A stretch of 64,000 bases of DNA from Armatimonadota bacterium. Its GTDB lineage: Bacteria; Armatimonadota; Zipacnadia; Zipacnadales; UBA5352. Below are positions 59,001 through 64,000 of this stretch, one piece after another. The stretch is taken from the NCBI GenBank assembly GCA_050942735.1, contig JBMNNW010000004.1:29632-93631 (forward strand), given 5' to 3'. The notes beneath the pieces are model-generated. The model did no database searches and was not told the DNA's origin. It saw nothing but the letters and a program-made list of their open reading frames with translations. Position numbers and translations under genes: made by a program. Every line of letters starts with the position of its first letter. Within the stretch, counting starts at the first letter, position 1.

Positions 59001-60774
59001 GCAGACCCTCCGCGAGGGTAGCGTCTTCACGCTCGAATGGACCGGCTCAGCCGTTGAGGGCGAGACACTCGCGTTCTTCTCGGTCATCGGCTCCAGCGTC
59101 AGCGGCGCGGACGAGCAGCTCGCCAGCCTGCGCCTGAGCGACAACGCGGCCGTGCTCGGACTGCCGCAGCCGGCCGTCGCCGTCTCGGGCGAGTACCAGG
59201 GCACCGATGCGGAGCTGGCGATCATCGCGGAGGACCATCTCTACGCACGCGGTGCGACAGCCGTCGCCGCCGACCACCCACTGCTCAGCGCCGACCGGCC
59301 TGTCACGCTCGACTGGGACTTCGAGAGCGGAACGCTCGCTGTCATCGCCGATGCCAACACCCGCCTGGCGCTACGCATCGCGGACGGCGAGGGGCTCGCG
59401 CTCAACGGGCAGCCAATCTCCGCCGAACGCGAAGGCGACCTTCTCGCCGTCGAGATCCCCGCGGGCGAACACAGCCTCTCGGCGCTGACTCCATCTGAGG
59501 CCGCGCTCGGCGGCCTCGGCGAGTGGCTGGGCGGGCGGCAGTCCGCGGCGGCGCGGATCCGCGCCGAGGCCGAGGCCATCGACCCGCCAGGCGCGCTGCC
59601 CGAGGTGCCCGAGCTTGCGCGGGTGCTCTCTGCAGACCTCGACCGGTCGATCGCACACACGATGCTGATCCCCGATGGCGCAGGCGGGCAGCTTATCGCC
59701 ACCGCCGGCGGCGAGCAGATCACCCTGCTGCGCACCGACGGGAGCGAGCGCGCGATCATGGAGACAGACGGGCCGATCCGCGTTATCCACTGGTGGGACG
59801 ACCATGAGCTGCTGATCGCAGGCTGCACCGACGAGAAGGTCATCGCGTTCAACCGCGATGGTGAGCGGCAGTGGGTCTACGTCTCGGAGATGCATCCGGA
59901 TGTGTTCCGCGCCGCGAAGGACTACTGGTTCAAGTCCGCCTATCCGGGCATCTACGGCCTGCACAGCGGGGAGTTCATCGGCGGCGAAAGCCAGCTCTTC
60001 GTCGGCAGCGCCTGCACGCTGGAGATACTCGACGCGCGGGGTCAGCTCCTCGAACATCTCGCGGTCTTCTGGGGCAACGGCTGGAAGTTTGAGCTGCTGG
60101 ACCGCGACGACGGCTCCCGCGACCTGCTGATCGCCCGATGGCGCAACGGCACCGACCAGCTCTCGATCGTCAACAGCGACACGCTCGCGGTGACGCGCGG
60201 CTTCTACGGCGTCCCCGGCGGGCACACGATGGTCGGTGGGTGGACGGCGCAGAACCGCACGGGGATTGAGCTCGCGGACGTCAACGGCGACGGTTCGCAG
60301 GAACTCGTCAGCGTCACCAACGGCGTCTGGAACCGCGTGACCGTCTTTAACGACCGGGGCTCACCGATGCACAACGCGCAGTTCGGCCCGGGGCCGAGCA
60401 GCGAACCCTACTCCTCGATGCGGGATCTCGTGGTCGCCGACCTGACCGGCGATGGCATGATGGAGATCGTCACTGCGACCGCAAGCGGCCTGGTCGTCTG
60501 CTTCGACCACGAACTGAACCGTCAGTGGGCCCGGGCCCTGCCGTCCGCTGCGACCGTCATGATGGCCGCGCCAGCCGGCGAAGGAACGGCAGTGCTGGTT
60601 GCGTGCGATGACGGCACCGTCGCGCTGCTCGATGCCTCGGGGGCGGTGGTGCGCACCGCCGAGATCGACGGGCGCCCGGTGCGGCACGGGATGTCGCTGC
60701 TGGAGACCGACGACGGCCCGATCGCCGTGATCGGCGTCGCCGCCGGCGGCGTCGCGGGGCTCGCTCTTCAGTGA
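56008..60774 (+). CDS. Giant secreted multidomain protein: CBM4/9-like N-terminal domain, poly-Pro linker, large central domain, C-terminal FG-GAP/VCBS-like beta-propeller repeats
   Basis: Signal peptide MKMRTAIALVLGALIAMTATYA. NLFANPSFEEGF...GW carbohydrate-binding-module-like start. P11 linker. Repeats of DVNGDGSQELVS / DLTGDGMMEIV near C-terminus. 1588 aa. Confidence 0.8.
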   Translation: MKMRTAIALVLGALIAMTATYAQNGTAQPTENLFANPSFEEGFAERGDLRIPDGWTLYAGTGVGMALEPTDDAHEGETALIVRDGDPNAEIGIQQTIEAEGGIAYEASAMVKALKPGGGAGAYIQLRFLPSNEFEQVSLGSANEAAFRRVSVVGLAPEDTTTVRVYYYTHAGPVPEFIIDAVRLVGGVEPPPPPPPPPPPLDPPVYDTLKDLHLQTELVGDGEARAAIISPGRYTEQAGQIAAAIERITGVRPEIVADDDARAAVPDDGEHLAGSFIVLGNRSTNAMLEQLYNRFFTLLDLRYPGEGGHVVRTCHNPFGGGHNLILVGGSDDAGVAAAAETLIARLEEAGGAQGALSVGWIREIALGDDVEFSHDPEEILHWDASAGYRSIGYFGGNSISKHMAAYYMTGDEYHAREFLRLAFPDEQAKRDITRVDGERIENKDDPLAGPYHYNAHMMILFWDLIEEDPFFSDEDRLRITNAFARHLLHEWREGSAPYALQRPANAVGSRHGQYSALALYCLSRYFAKDYSDPVWRQGLLGSQMAFAPLEEHGWVSGESDNLFWYNTGHAPILRFMLLSGWRGPLESGVLDELLRGQEILATGKSEDWDLRSASITFLHRAAYLKQDGRWLEYLRRTGVNTDPPRVGQSFWPEEHLQPELPMDMVGHWSIHPLPEPMWANRGSGLPLEHSFQFGSFRSAPDATGDFILLDGFNGASRNPYHAFAILELRLGGHTLLKGYRNQVLTRLDGMVEPRVAMDGALRHRDVIGRVAAAVGEVPAAAYCNWRRTLAQRVGEYALVVDELTMTESSENIQVQTLWEAPSGSWDDSRNSIVVTDTPGAHTPVGWRSILALESPYTSHPAGDEHIVRLASHGTLLLRATEPGEWLEMQFALDEPLEGEFHADLLRYTDRGVVRILLDGEEAVERYDSWAATADPARVELGHHRLDAGEHTLRVEVVERGRGGERSNIGLIGLSIRPDEADDAPVEELRREIVYSDPVQTLREGSVFTLEWTGSAVEGETLAFFSVIGSSVSGADEQLASLRLSDNAAVLGLPQPAVAVSGEYQGTDAELAIIAEDHLYARGATAVAADHPLLSADRPVTLDWDFESGTLAVIADANTRLALRIADGEGLALNGQPISAEREGDLLAVEIPAGEHSLSALTPSEAALGGLGEWLGGRQSAAARIRAEAEAIDPPGALPEVPELARVLSADLDRSIAHTMLIPDGAGGQLIATAGGEQITLLRTDGSERAIMETDGPIRVIHWWDDHELLIAGCTDEKVIAFNRDGERQWVYVSEMHPDVFRAAKDYWFKSAYPGIYGLHSGEFIGGESQLFVGSACTLEILDARGQLLEHLAVFWGNGWKFELLDRDDGSRDLLIARWRNGTDQLSIVNSDTLAVTRGFYGVPGGHTMVGGWTAQNRTGIELADVNGDGSQELVSVTNGVWNRVTVFNDRGSPMHNAQFGPGPSSEPYSSMRDLVVADLTGDGMMEIVTATASGLVVCFDHELNRQWARALPSAATVMMAAPAGEGTAVLVACDDGTVALLDASGAVVRTAEIDGRPVRHGMSLLETDDGPIAVIGVAAGGVAGLALQ

Positions 60775-60864
60775 CCGCCGAGGCGCCAAGGAGCGTCTGA
60801 GGCGCACAGGGCCGGCGTCCCGCCCATCTCGGGTGGCGACCGCCGGCCTCCGTCGCGCGGACGC

Positions 60865-61620
60865 TCACTCCTCGCCGGTGGGTAGGGCGGCCTGCCGCCA
60901 GAACTCCGACGCGCGCGTGATCTCAGCGGCCCTGAACAGGCTCTCGGGTGTTCCCGCGTCAGACCACTCGCACTCCATCACGTCGGCGGTCAACTCCCCC
61001 GCTTCGCGGTAGGCGTTGTTCACGTCGGTGATCTCAAGCTGCCCGCGGGCCGAGGGCGTCAGCGTCGGAAGGATCTCCCACAGCCGCTGATCGTACATGT
61101 ACACGCCGACGACCGCGAGGTCGGTCTTCGGCCGCTCGGGCTTCTCCTCGATCGAGACAACGCGCCCCTGCTCGTCGATCTCTGCCACGCCGAAGCGCTC
61201 CGGGTCGTGCACCTGCTTGAGCAGGATCTTCGCGCCGGATGGCTGCTCGCAGTAGGCCTCCGCGTGCCTGCGGATGGAGCCGCCGAGTATGTTGTCGCCG
61301 AGCATGACGGCCACGCGGTCGTCACCAACGAAGCTCCGCGCGAGGCGCAGCGCGTCGGCGATCCCGCCAGCGCCACGCTGATAGGTGAACGTCAGGTGCT
61401 TCAGGCCGAACTCCGAGCCGTCGTGGAGCAACTCCATGAAGTCACCGGGCGCGTTCCCGCCGGTCACGATCATGATATCCCGCACGCCGGCCTCGACGAG
61501 GATGTAGAGCGGATAGTACACCATCGGGAAACGCCCGACGGGCAGCAGGTGCTTGTTGGTCACGCGGGTCATCGGCAGCAACCGCGTGCCCAACCCTCCG
61601 ACCAGGATGACGCCCTTCAT
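60865..61620 (-). CDS. Sugar-1-phosphate nucleotidyltransferase (RmlA/glucose-1-phosphate thymidylyltransferase-like, short form)
   Basis: MKGVILVGGLGTRLLPMT signature. 251 aa. Confidence 0.8.
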   Translation of the reverse strand: MKGVILVGGLGTRLLPMTRVTNKHLLPVGRFPMVYYPLYILVEAGVRDIMIVTGGNAPGDFMELLHDGSEFGLKHLTFTYQRGAGGIADALRLARSFVGDDRVAVMLGDNILGGSIRRHAEAYCEQPSGAKILLKQVHDPERFGVAEIDEQGRVVSIEEKPERPKTDLAVVGVYMYDQRLWEILPTLTPSARGQLEITDVNNAYREAGELTADVMECEWSDAGTPESLFRAAEITRASEFWRQAALPTGEE

Positions 61621-61757
61621 GGAGATCCCTCGATTCGATGTCGTTCGGAGGGGCCGGTCGCCGACCGGCCCGTCGTCCCTGACGACCTGCAGATCACGAG
61701 GCTTGTTCCGGTATCCCCGCGGACATAGGGGAGTGAGAGGAAGCGACCGACGGTCCT

Positions 61758-62339
61758 CTACTCCTCGATCATCTCAAGGAAGTACTTCTGCACCCGCCGG
61801 TCGTCGGTCAGTTCCGGGTGAAACGCGCTCGCCAGCAGCTTCCCCTGCCGGCAGAGGACGATCTTACCGTCGAACTCGGCGAGCACATCCACGCCGCATT
61901 CCTCGCAGACTTCGCGAACATAGGGGGCCCGGATGAAGATCGCGCGCACCGGCTCGTCGATGCCCTTCACCGGCAGATCGATCTCGAAGCTGTCCACCTG
62001 GCGGCCGAACGCGTTGCGCTCGACGGTGATGTCCATCAGCCCCAGCCGCCACTGGTCGCTCCCAACGATCTCCTTCGCAAGCACGATCATGCCCGCGCAG
62101 GTTCCCCAGATGGGCCTGCCCGCCTCGGCCATCTCCCGGACAGGCGCGTCGATCCCGAAGCGCTCCATCAGCTTGCCGATCGTGGTGCTCTCGCCCCCGG
62201 GGATGACCAGCGCGTCGCAGGCCTCGATCTGCTCGCGCGTCTTGACGGGCCGGGCCTCGACGCCCTCGATCTCGTTGAACGCCTCGATGTGCTCTCTGAA
62301 ATCTCCCTGCAGCGCCAGTACGCCAACGATCTTCGGCAT
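61758..62339 (-). CDS. pdxT: Pyridoxal 5'-phosphate synthase glutaminase subunit
   Basis: KIVGVLALQGDFREH N-terminus and catalytic GTCAG Cys motif. 193 aa. Confidence 0.9.
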   Translation of the reverse strand: MPKIVGVLALQGDFREHIEAFNEIEGVEARPVKTREQIEACDALVIPGGESTTIGKLMERFGIDAPVREMAEAGRPIWGTCAGMIVLAKEIVGSDQWRLGLMDITVERNAFGRQVDSFEIDLPVKGIDEPVRAIFIRAPYVREVCEECGVDVLAEFDGKIVLCRQGKLLASAFHPELTDDRRVQKYFLEMIEE

Positions 62340-62542
62340 CGGTCAGCATCTCCGTGTTCTGCAGCATGGGGTGACGGCGAGGGGCATTGTACGACCGCCC
62401 GGTCTCAAGGTCAAGGACGTACGCGCCGAACACCCGCAGTCCGGGCGCCTCGCCCGAACGACGTTCCCGTGGCCCGACTCTCCAGGCGAGGGCGCCTGCA
62501 AAGCGGAGTCTGAGGGCCCGGAGGGTCCTCCCTGCCAACTCG

Positions 62543-63226
62543 TCATCCGAGCATCTCGACCACGCCGTGAAGGTCCTCGCAGCGCCGCTGCGCCTCGGCC
62601 TCTCGCCGCACGAGGATCGCGGGGATGCCCGCCGCCTCGGCGCCCTGCACATCCGCGACCGGGTTGTCTCCGACCATCCACACCTCGTCGGCGTCGCCCG
62701 TGGCGCGAAGCCCGATCGCGAACGCCTCCGGGTGGGGCTTCTCGTAGCCGATCAGCGCGGAGGAGATCACGTCATCGAAGAGCGGCAGGATGCCAAGCTC
62801 GCGCACCAGGTTGGGCAACTCGGGCACGTGGTTCGAGAGGATCACGTGCCGCCAGCCCGCCTCGCGCAGCGCTTCGAGCGCGGGGATGCTGTCGGCGTAG
62901 AGCGCGAATGAGGTTGCGTCGGAGTAGACGATGCGTGTGGCCGCCGCCAGCTTTTCTGCGCAATCGTCATCGAAACCGAGGTCGCGAAGGACCCACGCCA
63001 GGTGCGCGAGCAGACACGCCCACCACCGGTCCGGGCGGTTCAGATGAGTGTGAGTAACGTCCGGGGAGTTCCACGGGAAGCCGGGCACGATCCGCGGATG
63101 GATGTCCTCGCGGCTGAAACCATGCCCGGGGCAATGCCGGTCCAGCGCCTCAAGCAGCGCGCCGCTCCAGACTCCCTCGCGCCACGCGAGTGTGCCGTCG
63201 AAGTCCCACAGAATCGCTCGGCTCAT
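62543..63226 (-). CDS. HAD-superfamily hydrolase
   Basis: Motif I WDFDGTL, motif II SNHV-type, motif IV GDNPVADVQGA. 227 aa. Confidence 0.75.
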   Translation of the reverse strand: MSRAILWDFDGTLAWREGVWSGALLEALDRHCPGHGFSREDIHPRIVPGFPWNSPDVTHTHLNRPDRWWACLLAHLAWVLRDLGFDDDCAEKLAAATRIVYSDATSFALYADSIPALEALREAGWRHVILSNHVPELPNLVRELGILPLFDDVISSALIGYEKPHPEAFAIGLRATGDADEVWMVGDNPVADVQGAEAAGIPAILVRREAEAQRRCEDLHGVVEMLG

Positions 63227-63235
63227 CTCAGTCGG

Positions 63236-64000
63236 CTACCCGTAGGCCCTGACTTCGAAGATGCGCGCCTGTTCTGCACCGTTGGTCTTCTCACAGATAA
63301 CGCGTACCCGCCGGGCGGTCAGAGGCTCAAATGTGTGCACGCGTCGGCGGTGGTAGTTGCCGTGCACGTGCGCGACCTCCACCCAGCGGTCTCCGCACTC
63401 AACCGCGACGGTGTAGTCGCGGACCGTCTCCGGCTGGGCCCCCCGTGTGATCTTCTCGTTGAAGCGCTCGGAGTGCGTGAGCGTCAGCGGTCGCTCGAAG
63501 CCGGTGTCGAAGGTGATCTGCAGGCTTCGCAGTTCCCGCGGCTCATCCCAGCTCAGCTCAACATGCTGGGGCATCTCCTCGCCGGCCGCTGAGCACCACT
63601 GGTGGTCGTCGCCGTGACGGTGCCGCGTGACACCCGAGAGCAGCTTCTGCGGCTCAAAGCCGGGCTCGTGGCTGGAGGCGCTGAGGGTCGCCTGGCGCGC
63701 GATGTCGTCGGCATCCTCGTTCGCCAGGTGCGGGATGAAGTGGTCCTCCCGAAGAAGCTGCTGCTGGATCGAGCTTATGTCGGAGTCGGTGAGATCGCCC
63801 GGCAGGCAGAGGAAGTCCACGCAGCGGGCGGCAGCGACGCCGACCGCCTGCCCCATCGCGGCCCCGGTGGCCGCCACTCGCGTCGAACCCATCGCCATGT
63901 GCGTGCAGCTCGCGCAGCGCCCGGCCATGAAGAGGTTCGGCACGTTGCGCGAGTAGAGCGCACTGAGAGGGATCGAGTAGACGTCCTCGAACTGCCTGTG
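63236..64000 (-). CDS. FAD-dependent oxidoreductase (C-terminal part; gene runs off the 3' end of the window)
   Basis: Frame stays open to the window edge, with ...YSRNVPNLFMAGRCASCTHMAMGSTRVAATGAAMGQAVG typical of the C-terminal FAD-binding region of the pfam12831-type family. Confidence 0.6.
   Translation of the reverse strand, partial: HRQFEDVYSIPLSALYSRNVPNLFMAGRCASCTHMAMGSTRVAATGAAMGQAVGVAAARCVDFLCLPGDLTDSDISSIQQQLLREDHFIPHLANEDADDIARQATLSASSHEPGFEPQKLLSGVTRHRHGDDHQWCSAAGEEMPQHVELSWDEPRELRSLQITFDTGFERPLTLTHSERFNEKITRGAQPETVRDYTVAVECGDRWVEVAHVHGNYHRRRVHTFEPLTARRVRVICEKTNGAEQARIFEVRAYG

Noticed and set aside
1-64000. Mobile elements, CRISPR arrays, tRNA or rRNA genes
   Set aside because: No transposase, integrase or recombinase-like ORFs, no terminal inverted repeats, no repeat-spacer arrays and no tRNA/rRNA motifs were found by eye. 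Absence is stated with moderate confidence only.

Overview
The window is high-GC bacterial chromosomal DNA with dense coding and no rRNA, tRNA, CRISPR array, transposase or integrase that I could recognise. The secreted sulfatase, giant surface proteins and the BatA/VWA double-TM protein suggest a PVC-superphylum- or Armatimonadota-like environmental organism, but I hold that loosely.

The dominant structure is a roughly 31-kb block transcribed entirely on the minus strand, from about 36.9 kb down to 5.8 kb. At its upstream end are housekeeping genes: gmk, coaBC, metK, priA, def and fmt. It then runs directly into an unusual cobalamin module, a small corrinoid-binding protein plus a RACo-type reductive activator (2Fe-2S ferredoxin fused to an ASKHA ATPase). 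No corrinoid methyltransferase partner is present.

Downstream of that module sit an ArnE-like 4-TM flippase and a tightly translationally coupled operon of about ten genes. The operon encodes a B12-binding radical SAM enzyme, four polytopic GT-C-type membrane glycosyltransferases (two YfhO, one ArnT/GT39-like, one unclassified), a KdsC-type sugar-phosphate phosphatase and three cytoplasmic glycosyltransferases (GT2, GT4, GT2). The block ends with a sensor kinase, a BatA/VWA protein, alanine racemase, a standalone membrane-anchored C39-like peptidase and a secreted DUF2330-like protein.

The most interesting hypothesis is that these genes form one undescribed system. It would be a polyprenyl-phosphate-sugar-dependent periplasmic glycosylation pathway whose radical SAM step is supplied by a dedicated corrinoid carrier and ATP-dependent reactivase.

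The rest of the window is a mixed accessory region:
- **Envelope and membrane proteins:** L,D-transpeptidase, polysaccharide deacetylase, LmbE deacetylase, a rhomboid-TPR protease and another GT-C-like membrane protein.
- **Glycan-degradation signature:** GH4, sulfatase and FucU, with a frameshifted ~1060-aa secreted protein and a 1588-aa secreted protein (CBM-like N-terminus, poly-Pro linker, beta-propeller C-terminus).
- **Other enzymes:** photolyase, KDPG aldolase, nitrilase-superfamily hydrolase, lone pdxT, RmlA-like nucleotidyltransferase and a partial FAD oxidoreductase at the 3' edge.

Noncoding features of note are a near-consensus extended -10 sigma70 promoter opening a ~530-nt AT-richer leader or ncRNA candidate at 3.3-3.9 kb, and two tandem C/G-clamped hairpins in the spacer before the glycosylation operon.
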